DNA of 64,000 nucleotides from Candidatus Niyogibacteria bacterium (GTDB lineage: Bacteria > Patescibacteriota > Minisyncoccia > JACROR01): the NCBI GenBank assembly GCA_016214345.1, contig JACROR010000001.1, positions 1,264 through 65,263 on the forward strand. The letters are read 5' to 3'. A model generated the notes under the pieces. It had not been told where the DNA came from and searched no databases. It saw nothing but the letters and a program-made list of their open reading frames with translations. Below are positions 16,990 to 25,235 of this stretch, piece after piece (the first letter of the stretch is position 1; each line of letters begins with the position of its first letter). Position numbers and translations under genes: made by a program.

Positions 16990-19203
16990 CTATGGATTTC
17001 GGCCAGCCTTAATCTCGCTTATCAAGGCCTCGCCTTGTTTTTTAAATTCAGGACTCAATACTATGGCTTTTTCCAATTCTTTAACAGACATCGCGCGATT
17101 TTCCAACTTCAGATAAGTAGCCGCCAAACTTATATGATATTGGACATTGGATGGATCTTTTTCTATCAAGGACAGCCACACGTCTCTTACGCGATCATAT
17201 CGGCCAACACGGGCATAAGCAGTAAGTAATTTAGGATCTGCCACCACAATAGTGCCAAAATGTTTTTTTAATAAAGCGTCTGCGTTATCCTGATTGTCAT
17301 TAATTATCTCCACCATTGCAAGACCTAGGGCGGCCGCATCATAACTTTGATCCAAATTATAAGCGATCCGCATCATCTCAACCGCCTTATCGTTTTGGTT
17401 AAGCGATATATAAACATCGGCGAGCAAAAAATAAATTTGCTGTTTTTTGGGAGACAGCTCTAAAGCCTTGTTCAATGTAACAAGCGTGTCCGTAGTTTTG
17501 CCGCCATAACCATACAAAGAAGATAAAAACAAATAAGTTCTCGCGTCATTAGGATTATTCTTTGCCTGATCCTCCATTTCTTTTATGGCAGCGGTCAATA
17601 CTTTAATTTTGCTTTCCATCGGCACTTCGGACTTTACTATATTATTGGCATAGCCGCTTAATTGCTCTCTCGCCTCTCCGGTGCCAAACGAACGATAAGC
17701 AAAAACTTTGTCAAAATCCCGCAAAATTAAATCAACATTTTGCCCTTCCGTACTTACATCTCTCAAAGCATTTAAAAGCGCCTGCGACGCCAAAACCGGT
17801 TTCACATTAACAAAATACATCACGCCGGACATCGCCACAATAACCGAAACTGCCGCCGCCATATGCGCCGGACCGAACTCAGCCGGCCTTGATTTTTGTT
17901 TAGATTCCTCCAAAATCGCCTCCTGCGTTCCTTGAAAATGAATAAACCCGATAACCGTGAAAAAAAGATAATAAGAAATTAAATTATCAAAAACAAAAAA
18001 ATTATGGAAAAAATAAGCGGCAAAAAGTCCGGTAAAAATCGCCGGAGCATAAATACTTCCCGACAATCCGCGCTCTTGAACATATTTTTTCCATAACACA
18101 TACAATACGCTTACGAAAATAGAAAGATACGCCAACAACCCCAGCGCCCCGGCCGCTATCAGCCAATCAAAAAATACATTGTGCGAGCGATCAAACCACG
18201 GCTCTTGCCGCCATAATTTAGGCTCATAATATTTATTAAATACCAAATTATAATTCTCTATGCCGTAGCCCAGCAACGGATATTCCTTAAATCCCTGCCA
18301 CGACATTCCCCAAATAGTGAAACGCGACTCTACCGTTCTTTCCTGTAAAGACAAGTCGCTAAAACGCGTCAGTACATAATTATTTTTGACAAAATCAGTA
18401 TTGCGCGCAAGCCAAAAAGCTCCGGCTAATAAAATAATGCCAAAAATCACGCCGATGGAAACCTTTTTTACACTCCGGCTTTTATTAAAAATAACAAGCA
18501 AAAGCCCAAACAAAACCAACCCGCCCAGCAAACCCAAAATAGCTCCGCGCGTTGCCGTTAAAAATATTACCGGAACTTCAAAGATAAACAGCGCGGCAAA
18601 TAAGGCTTTAAGCCAGCGTTGTTCCGATTGAAAAAACAAAAACAGCGCCAAAAATACTTGAAACACCATAAAAATAGCCATATAGCTGGCATTGCCGAAA
18701 GTGCCATCAACTCTCGGACCGCTCTGTTGGGAGATTGCCAACACGCCATAAAATTGCAAATATCCGTAAAGCGCCATGGCCGCGCCCGTGGCGGCCAAAC
18801 TATAAAACATTTTCTTCCAATCAGCCGCGCCCTTGAACACGCTTATCAAGACCAAAAAGTAAGCAAACAAATGCAGATGCCCTAAGAGTCCTTCCATCCT
18901 CTCGTAATTGGACCAAAAACTGCGGTAAGGATTGGCACCGAACATGGTCGCCAACGCCAACACCACCACCGTAATGGTCACGGCATACAAAATAGGCGAA
19001 ATCGCGGGACGATATTCGCGCTTAAAAATAGCCAAAACCACCCAAAGAGCCAGCAATATTTCCACCGTAATCCGAAACGCGAAATTCTTGCCCGTGATAT
19101 ACGGAAAAAACATAGTGGAAGAAACGATAAACGCCGTGAGCGGCAAAAGAATAATGCCCGCTTTTACGATATAACCTAGAATATTTAAGGTTTTTGTAGA
19201 CAT
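16990..19203 (-). CDS. O-antigen-ligase-fold (Wzy_C) polytopic membrane protein with C-terminal TPR repeats; candidate O-oligosaccharyltransferase / ligase
   Basis: 737 aa. About 12 TM helices with a large Wzy_C-type loop region, then ~300 aa of soluble TPR-like repeats (e.g. LADVYISLNQNDKAVEMMRIAYNLD; YHISLAATYLKLENRAMSVKELEKAI). Confidence 0.7.
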   Translation of the reverse strand: MSTKTLNILGYIVKAGIILLPLTAFIVSSTMFFPYITGKNFAFRITVEILLALWVVLAIFKREYRPAISPILYAVTITVVVLALATMFGANPYRSFWSNYERMEGLLGHLHLFAYFLVLISVFKGAADWKKMFYSLAATGAAMALYGYLQFYGVLAISQQSGPRVDGTFGNASYMAIFMVFQVFLALFLFFQSEQRWLKALFAALFIFEVPVIFLTATRGAILGLLGGLVLFGLLLVIFNKSRSVKKVSIGVIFGIILLAGAFWLARNTDFVKNNYVLTRFSDLSLQERTVESRFTIWGMSWQGFKEYPLLGYGIENYNLVFNKYYEPKLWRQEPWFDRSHNVFFDWLIAAGALGLLAYLSIFVSVLYVLWKKYVQERGLSGSIYAPAIFTGLFAAYFFHNFFVFDNLISYYLFFTVIGFIHFQGTQEAILEESKQKSRPAEFGPAHMAAAVSVIVAMSGVMYFVNVKPVLASQALLNALRDVSTEGQNVDLILRDFDKVFAYRSFGTGEAREQLSGYANNIVKSEVPMESKIKVLTAAIKEMEDQAKNNPNDARTYLFLSSLYGYGGKTTDTLVTLNKALELSPKKQQIYFLLADVYISLNQNDKAVEMMRIAYNLDQSYDAAALGLAMVEIINDNQDNADALLKKHFGTIVVADPKLLTAYARVGRYDRVRDVWLSLIEKDPSNVQYHISLAATYLKLENRAMSVKELEKAIVLSPEFKKQGEALISEIKAGRNP

Positions 19204-19224
19204 AATGTATAAGATAGCACTTTA

Positions 19225-19700
19225 TTAAAAAATTACCAAAAATGAAGCCCAGGCGCTATTATTCTCCGTGCCATTATCTAACGTGATGGTGTGTTTGAGA
19301 TTCCGAGGGATCGCACTCAGCCGTTTGGCGATGATACTGTTAGTGGTCGCACTGATTTTGTCTTTCACTCTAGTGATGAAATATATTCCGGTCTTTCTTT
19401 CGAGAAGGGCGTTCATTCCCGGCTTGAGTAAGCTCAACAAATTCAGATACATACGAGACTCCTTAATACATCTAAGGAGAATGAAACAATTCAACAAGTT
19501 TAAGGGCGCCAAAGGCTTCATAATGGTATGGGACCACATTTCGCCGCCGCAGGCGGCGAGAAATTCCCTCCGCGAATCCACCAGCTGGCGGACGAAAAGG
19601 CGGCGAAGCCGCACCGATGACAATTTCAAGTTTTTCTTTGGCGGCAAATTTCAAAGACATGAATTTTTATCAAAAATCAAATGTTCTTTCGGAATTTCAA
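19225..19700 (-). mobile_element. Degraded IS30-family transposase remnant (frameshifted/truncated DDE core)
   Basis: Minus-strand ORF 19225-19647 contains ALLERKTGIYFITRVKDKISATT...PRNLKHTITLDNGTEN, matching the IS30 DDE region (...lvERksr...ktiTfDNGsEF). Upstream parts are in other frames (19472-19660) and no intact full-length transposase is present. GC here is locally higher than in the neighbours. Confidence 0.4.
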
Positions 19701-20592
19701 ATTCTGCTTTCAAGCGACGCTTGGATAAATACTGATTCGCATCCTCCGATCCTTGAATATTCAAATATTGATAGCCGAGGGAGTTTGCAATTCTCGCACA
19801 TTCTAACATAAGTGCGCGATATAAATTTCTATACTCAAAATCATTTACCAAAACATTGCATCCTAAACATTTCTGAGATATTTCACTAAATACCAGAAAA
19901 CCAATCAGTTTATTATTTTTCGAATCGTAAATACCAAAATGAATCAAGTCGCTTCGAGAATTGCAAAACATTTCGTGAGAGGCGCGGAGATCCTCTTTAC
20001 TCCAGTCATTGCGAAGATGCATATTATCTATCCACTTTTTTAAAATTTCTCCTACAATTTCAAGATTGCAAACTTCCCATCTTCGCACTTCAATTGAGTA
20101 CTCTCGGTTGAATCGCGCCTGTTCTTCACGCAAAGATTGAAAATTCGGACCTTTAAGGTCAGTAAGTTGTTTTGTGTTCAAAATCTGTTCCGGGAAAGAA
20201 TTATCGTCATATTTGGACTGGTTATTCCACCATTCATCTACACGATAGTGACGACAACCAAGTTTCAAAAGCTCTTGCTCAAGTTCCATTCCTACATTTT
20301 TTATAAAAACTGGTTTGCCCGAATTTTCAAAGCATTCTTTTGTAACAGTAGATATATTCTTTGCGCGATTATCTCCCGCGCAAGCAACAACAACAAAATT
20401 ATCCACACCTAGCTTTTTGGTAAAAATAACAATTCCATCTTCAAGCTTGCGGAAATCAAAGTAATTTCTCGTTGCTTGTAATGTATATCCATTACAAAAC
20501 TCAAAATCACAAGAATTGTTATGAAATTTATTAGCAAAATCTCGAAAAATCGGGAGAGCGTCATCAACATTTTTGCCCTTTGTTTCAGTCAT
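19651..20592 (-). CDS. Hypothetical GNAT-fold acyltransferase-like protein (FemAB / BioF2-like / DUF2156-like family)
   Basis: 313-aa AT-rich ORF. The C-terminal half (LIGFLVFSEI...YRALMLECARIANSLGYQYLNIQGS) resembles tandem-GNAT Fem/BioF2-like acyl/aminoacyl transferases. Only the ORF itself is confident. Confidence 0.35.
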   Translation of the reverse strand: MTETKGKNVDDALPIFRDFANKFHNNSCDFEFCNGYTLQATRNYFDFRKLEDGIVIFTKKLGVDNFVVVACAGDNRAKNISTVTKECFENSGKPVFIKNVGMELEQELLKLGCRHYRVDEWWNNQSKYDDNSFPEQILNTKQLTDLKGPNFQSLREEQARFNREYSIEVRRWEVCNLEIVGEILKKWIDNMHLRNDWSKEDLRASHEMFCNSRSDLIHFGIYDSKNNKLIGFLVFSEISQKCLGCNVLVNDFEYRNLYRALMLECARIANSLGYQYLNIQGSEDANQYLSKRRLKAEFEIPKEHLIFDKNSCL

Positions 20593-20822
20593 AAAAAAAT
20601 TCTTTTCCCAAAATTAAAATGCAGTTCGAGCCGATATTTTCACAGGTTCTTTGGCAGTGTTTATCGGCACGACGGAACCGCGCTTGCGGGCGGGACTTCC
20701 TCCGCCTACGGTGGCGAAATGCGTTCAAACTGTCTTAAGAATACAGAGCCGGTCAGCAAATTGCAAACACACATGATTGATTTCTTAACATTCATATGTT
20801 ATGTTAAAAAATAGTTTATTCT

Positions 20823-20851
20823 TTGAAATTTAAAAAATAAATCAATAATAT
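20823..20851 (+). promoter_or_regulatory. Sigma70-like promoter TTGAAA-N17-TAATAT for the neuA-like gene
   Basis: Near-consensus -35 at 20823-20828 and -10 at 20846-20851 with 17-bp spacer. The RBS AGGAGG at 20882-20887 precedes the GTG start at 20893. Confidence 0.5.
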
Positions 20852-20892
20852 GTTCTCAAACTAGGCGCTGCAACTCATGACAGGAGGATTAC

Positions 20893-21600
20893 GTGTACAA
20901 AAACAAGCGTATAGTTACTATTATTCCGGCTCGTGGCGGGAGTAAGGGAGTTCCTCGAAAAAATATAAAATTACTGGATGGAAAACCGCTGATTGGGTAT
21001 TGTATCGAGGTCTTAAAAAAATCTGGCGTAATCGATAGGGTTATAGTATCAACGGAAGATGACGAAATCGCAACCGTTTCCGAATCTCTCGGAGCAGAAA
21101 TTATATGGCGTCCCAAAGAGTTGGCAGCTGACACGGCATTAACAGAACCGGTCATGGAACACGCCCTCAAAGAGATTGAAAAAAAAGGATACCTGCCGGA
21201 TTATATTTCTCTTGCTCAATGCACATCGCCCTTTTTAACTGAGACAACAATACGACAAGCGGTGAATGCCGTAGTCACTAATAATTTTGATTCATGCATT
21301 ACTGTATTTTATCCTCATACGCATGAATTCAAATGGAGGAAAAGCGCGGAGAATAAAGATATTTTTATTCCGGACCACAATGTTGAATGTCGTCCAAGAC
21401 GACAAGATTTACCAAAAATATACCATGAAAATGGCGCCTTCTATATCACCACGACTGCGTTGTTCAAAAAAACTAGAAATCGCTTTGGCGGGAATCTCGC
21501 AAAAATCACTGCCGTGGAGATGAACGAAGAAGACTCCCTCCAAATTGACACTGAATTTGATTTTTGGCTCGTTGAACAAATAATTACTAAAAAGCATTAG
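20893..21600 (+). CDS. CMP-nonulosonate cytidylyltransferase (NeuA / acylneuraminate cytidylyltransferase family)
   Basis: N-terminal IIPARGGSKGVPRKNI motif diagnostic of CMP-NeuAc/Pse/Leg synthetases. GTG start with strong RBS; 235 aa. Confidence 0.8.
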   Translation: MYKNKRIVTIIPARGGSKGVPRKNIKLLDGKPLIGYCIEVLKKSGVIDRVIVSTEDDEIATVSESLGAEIIWRPKELAADTALTEPVMEHALKEIEKKGYLPDYISLAQCTSPFLTETTIRQAVNAVVTNNFDSCITVFYPHTHEFKWRKSAENKDIFIPDHNVECRPRRQDLPKIYHENGAFYITTTALFKKTRNRFGGNLAKITAVEMNEEDSLQIDTEFDFWLVEQIITKKH

Positions 21601-21668
21601 TTTGCCAAAATATATATTTTGGCAAACTAATGAAAAAACCACCGACTATGCCGGTGGTTTTATTTTGC
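21601..21668. terminator. Bidirectional terminator pair: 26-bp perfect palindrome tttgccaaaatatatattttggcaaa plus aaaaaccaccg-actatg-ccggtggtttt
   Basis: Lies between convergent genes ending at 21600(+) and 21669(-). The second hairpin has flanking A-run and T-run. Confidence 0.65.
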
Positions 21669-22610
21669 TTATTTTTTTCTTAATTTTTCCTTAATGGGAA
21701 TCTCAACGGCCAAAAGACGTTTTTCACCATCTCCTCTTGCCTCTTCCCAGAGTCTTATATCCCTCACCAAAAGTTCTAATCCTTTCGGTGCAATACTGGC
21801 CGCTTGGTCAGAACCCCACATCGTTCGATCTAGGGTAATATGCCTTTCGATCAAACAAGCGCCGCACACCACAGCCATCACTGAAGGCGCAACGCCACGT
21901 TCATGCCCACTGTAACCAATCGGCACATTAGGGAACCTCTTCTGAAGGGTTTTAATTACCCGCAGGTTAAGATCATGATCCGCTGACGGATAAGTCGCAA
22001 CACAATGCAAAATTATTAAATTCTCTTCTCCTAAAATATCTACCGCGGAAATAATTTCTTCCATTGTGCTCATTCCGGTTGACAGGATAATCGGCTTACC
22101 TTTTAAGCGTAGACACTTTAAAAGATTATGGTCAGTCAAACTGGCCGAAGCTACCTTGTAACAAGGGACTTTAAGCTCCGCCAAAAAATCAACACTGCCC
22201 AAATCCCACGGAGAAGCGAACCACACAATTCCTTTTTTCTGACAATACCTATCAATCTCTCGATATTCTTCTTTCGTAAATTCCAAGGCATATTTTAAGT
22301 CGCCATTAGTAGTGCTCGCTAAATTGGAATCAATAAGACATTTAATTCTATCTCCGGACAAAACTCCTCGCTTAATAGCGTTAGCAATAATATCTGCCGG
22401 GACATCGCGCGACTTTAATAATTCCGCTTTAGTATATACGGCATCAACTGTTCTTTTCTGAAACTTAACCATGTCACAACCGGCATCAACAGCAACGTCT
22501 ATGAGCCTCTTGGCGATTTCTACATTGCCATTATGATTGATTCCGATTTCTGCGACAATAACGCACGGACGATCTTTACCAATAATCTTATCTGCCACCT
22601 TAACTGCCAT
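21669..22610 (-). CDS. NeuB-family nonulosonate (sialic/pseudaminic/legionaminic acid) synthase, short form (C-terminal SAF domain largely absent)
   Basis: N-terminal VIVAEIGINHNG and a TIM-barrel NeuB core. 313 aa versus 357 aa for the paralogue at 31014-32087. RBS AAGGAGGA upstream. Confidence 0.75.
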   Translation of the reverse strand: MAVKVADKIIGKDRPCVIVAEIGINHNGNVEIAKRLIDVAVDAGCDMVKFQKRTVDAVYTKAELLKSRDVPADIIANAIKRGVLSGDRIKCLIDSNLASTTNGDLKYALEFTKEEYREIDRYCQKKGIVWFASPWDLGSVDFLAELKVPCYKVASASLTDHNLLKCLRLKGKPIILSTGMSTMEEIISAVDILGEENLIILHCVATYPSADHDLNLRVIKTLQKRFPNVPIGYSGHERGVAPSVMAVVCGACLIERHITLDRTMWGSDQAASIAPKGLELLVRDIRLWEEARGDGEKRLLAVEIPIKEKLRKK

Positions 22611-22757
22611 GACCGTCCTCCTTCACACAGTAATTAATTATCAAGGGTCGTCTTTTATTTTAGACTACATAAATAATCTCCTAAATACAATCTTGACTTT
22701 TTATATCAGATAGTTTGTAACAAATATCGGAACCGTTATAATTTCCGATAACTTCTA

Positions 22758-24110
22758 TCATGTTGGGTGCTGAAATTTTTGAATTATTTTAATAATTTCA
22801 TTTTCAGCGCGCACACTTGACTGACCGTCTGAATTTCCCAATAAATCTTTGAATAATTTTTTCTTACTGATCATATCATGACTAGTATATAAATCTGAAT
22901 TGAAAATATATTTTTCAAGATCTGTTTCGGTTTTTATATAATTGACCAACTCCGGATGCTCGCTAAAATAATCCCAGGGTTTATCAGTTATTAAGTCTCC
23001 AAAATAAGGCGAAATTAAAACCTTTTCAAAAATAAGCGCCTCAAGACAGGTGGTAGAATTAAAACTTATCACGGCTATAGAATTCTTGATTAAATCAAGG
23101 GTGTCGCCGATATTGGTAATTACCAGATTGTCTATGGGATCTTTAAAATTATCCGCTAAAATTTGCTTAACATATTGAAAATAATGGCCGGCAAATTTTG
23201 TTTTGATTATTACTTTTATATTTTTATTATCCGCGGCAAATTTAATAACCGATTTATGAAAATTGTAAAATCTATCTCTTATTTCTTTAATTTTATTATC
23301 ATCTTTTATAAACAAGCCGAGAAGTCTATCATCGGGGTCCGAGGAAAAACACACTACCTGCTTGCTAATATATTTTTTTTCTTTTTTCGGCATTGTAAAG
23401 TAGTAATCAAACCGCGGCATGCCAACAATTTTAGTATTATTCTCTGAAATTCCCGAGAGGGAGTTATTCAGCAACGCCCTCCTAATTTCGTTGCTGTAGA
23501 ACAAAATCTCAGCACCCCTAAATTTATAAACCTTAAATAAATCAGCCCATTCTTTTCCATACCCAGGAACAAGTAGCCCTTCTTTGTGCAGAATAATGAA
23601 AGGAATCCCATTTTTCGTACACACATCTTCCAACTCCTGTTGCTCCGGATAACCGAAATTACCAGATAAAACCGCATCAAATTTTATTAATCTGCGCAAT
23701 GCGGGAATCATCTGGCTTAAATATAAATTGTACTTTCGCTTAGCGTCACCCGCTAAATTACAAATATGATAATTTTCTTCTGTTAGCTGATTTCTCTCTG
23801 ATTCTGTCAAAAAATAATCAAAAATCATACGAAAATAATTTTTAAAAATTACAACATACTTAATGCGCCCTCCAAAATTCGCTAGCGCCTCTATGTCATT
23901 TAAAAAAACGCTCCTGCCCAAACAAAGGACCGTAAAATCGCCCCTTCTATTAACTTTGCTTGCAATCATCATAAAAATCAGGGCCGTTAATTTTGGATAA
24001 TTGATAAACAAACTAAGCTTAACGAGAAGAATAAATAGCGAGGACTTTATTTTGTGTCTTGCTTTCTTGAATATCGAACGATCTTGTATTGCTAAGATTA
24101 TTTTTTCCAT
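22758..24110 (-). CDS. Putative GT-B glycosyl/glycerophospho-transferase of the TagB/TagF / capsule-biosynthesis (KpsS-like) type; candidate nonulosonate transferase
   Basis: 450 aa and AT-rich. The C-terminal pattern ...IKTKFAGH...LVITNIGDTLDLIKNSIAVISFNSTTCLEALIFEKVLISPYFG resembles the TagF-family HP...LITDYSS...KP(v/i)i core. It is paralogous in architecture to the 39816-41315 protein. Confidence 0.4.
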   Translation of the reverse strand: MEKIILAIQDRSIFKKARHKIKSSLFILLVKLSLFINYPKLTALIFMMIASKVNRRGDFTVLCLGRSVFLNDIEALANFGGRIKYVVIFKNYFRMIFDYFLTESERNQLTEENYHICNLAGDAKRKYNLYLSQMIPALRRLIKFDAVLSGNFGYPEQQELEDVCTKNGIPFIILHKEGLLVPGYGKEWADLFKVYKFRGAEILFYSNEIRRALLNNSLSGISENNTKIVGMPRFDYYFTMPKKEKKYISKQVVCFSSDPDDRLLGLFIKDDNKIKEIRDRFYNFHKSVIKFAADNKNIKVIIKTKFAGHYFQYVKQILADNFKDPIDNLVITNIGDTLDLIKNSIAVISFNSTTCLEALIFEKVLISPYFGDLITDKPWDYFSEHPELVNYIKTETDLEKYIFNSDLYTSHDMISKKKLFKDLLGNSDGQSSVRAENEIIKIIQKFQHPT

Positions 24111-24176
24111 TTTGGCTTCTTTTTATTTTAAGATAATATATTATATGTTAGCATAAGAGAACGAAATAAAAAAAAC

Positions 24177-25205
24177 ATGAACATGGCAAAACAAAAAAAA
24201 TTCAATATCCCACGTAAAAAAGGAAAGGAGACAAATTGGAAAAATTTGAATCGTAGTATTTTATGGCGAATAAAGGCCGCGAAAAGAAAAAAAGAAACAG
24301 CAAAATATTCGGCCTTCTTTCAAAAAAAATTAAAACATTGCCCTATATGCAATAATAAACAATATCAGACTTTTGTCATCATATATGGATATAAATATGC
24401 GGAGTGTAAATCGTGTGGTCACATTTTTATGCAACCGCCGTTAGATCTAAAAGCTGTAAGACATATGTATTCTGGCGGCAAAAAATCTTCTATGCAAGAT
24501 AAGATTTATATTAATAATGAAAATCTTTTCAAAAAAAGAATTAAACAAATTGCGACGCCAAAAGTTGAATATTGTAACGGTATAATTAAAAAAAAGGGGG
24601 TATGGATTGATATAGGATGCGGAGTTGGCGAAATGCTAATTGCCGCCGAAAAAACAGGCTGGAAAGTGTTTGGAATAGAACCAGATTTAAGAGAAGTAAA
24701 ATTTGCCAAACAACACGGCTTAAATGTTGCTCAAGATTTCATAACTACGGATAATGCAGAACAATTACGAGATGCAGACGTAGTCTCTTTGATCAGCGTC
24801 CTTGAACATATAAATAATCCTTCTGAATTCTTACAAAACATAGTAAATGCATTGCCACGAAACGCGTATGTAATCATTGAAGTTCCAAGACATCCTTCAT
24901 TGTCATCTTTTGTAAACTTAGTATTCCCTAATTTAGCATACCGACACATACATTCACCGGAACATTTGCATATTTTTACAGAAAAATCATTAGCGACAAT
25001 GTTCAGTCGTGCCAGATTAAAAGCCGTCGGCATGTGGGAATTTGGCCAAGACGTATCAGATTTAATATTATTAGCAGCTGCCAATGCCTCAAAAAAAGAA
25101 AGTCAATTTATTGGCATGATCTACAAACTTGTGCCTGATTTACAAAAAGTTGTGGATGAAAAAAGCATGTCTGATACAATTTTTATAGTCACTAAAAAAT
25201 TTTAA
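24177..25205 (+). CDS. Class I SAM-dependent methyltransferase with N-terminal Cys4 zinc ribbon
   Basis: CPICNN...CKSCGH zinc ribbon. SAM motif I is VWIDIGCGVGEM, then an acidic motif II and motif III, consistent with Methyltransf_23/11. Confidence 0.75.
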   Translation: MNMAKQKKFNIPRKKGKETNWKNLNRSILWRIKAAKRKKETAKYSAFFQKKLKHCPICNNKQYQTFVIIYGYKYAECKSCGHIFMQPPLDLKAVRHMYSGGKKSSMQDKIYINNENLFKKRIKQIATPKVEYCNGIIKKKGVWIDIGCGVGEMLIAAEKTGWKVFGIEPDLREVKFAKQHGLNVAQDFITTDNAEQLRDADVVSLISVLEHINNPSEFLQNIVNALPRNAYVIIEVPRHPSLSSFVNLVFPNLAYRHIHSPEHLHIFTEKSLATMFSRARLKAVGMWEFGQDVSDLILLAAANASKKESQFIGMIYKLVPDLQKVVDEKSMSDTIFIVTKKF

Positions 25206-25235
25206 AAATATACTTTTAGCATCATATAGTCAATC

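Noticed and set aside
19268-19735. Plus-strand 155-aa ORF across the IS remnant
   Set aside because: It has no recognisable motifs. The opposite strand carries IS30-like DDE-region similarity, so the region is better explained as a degraded transposase.
20600-20720. Possible tRNA or tmRNA fragment in the GC-rich intergenic element
   Set aside because: No cloverleaf, no T-loop GTTCRANYC-type motif and no CCA-adjacent acceptor stem could be drawn. It is kept only as an unclassified structured element in the findings.
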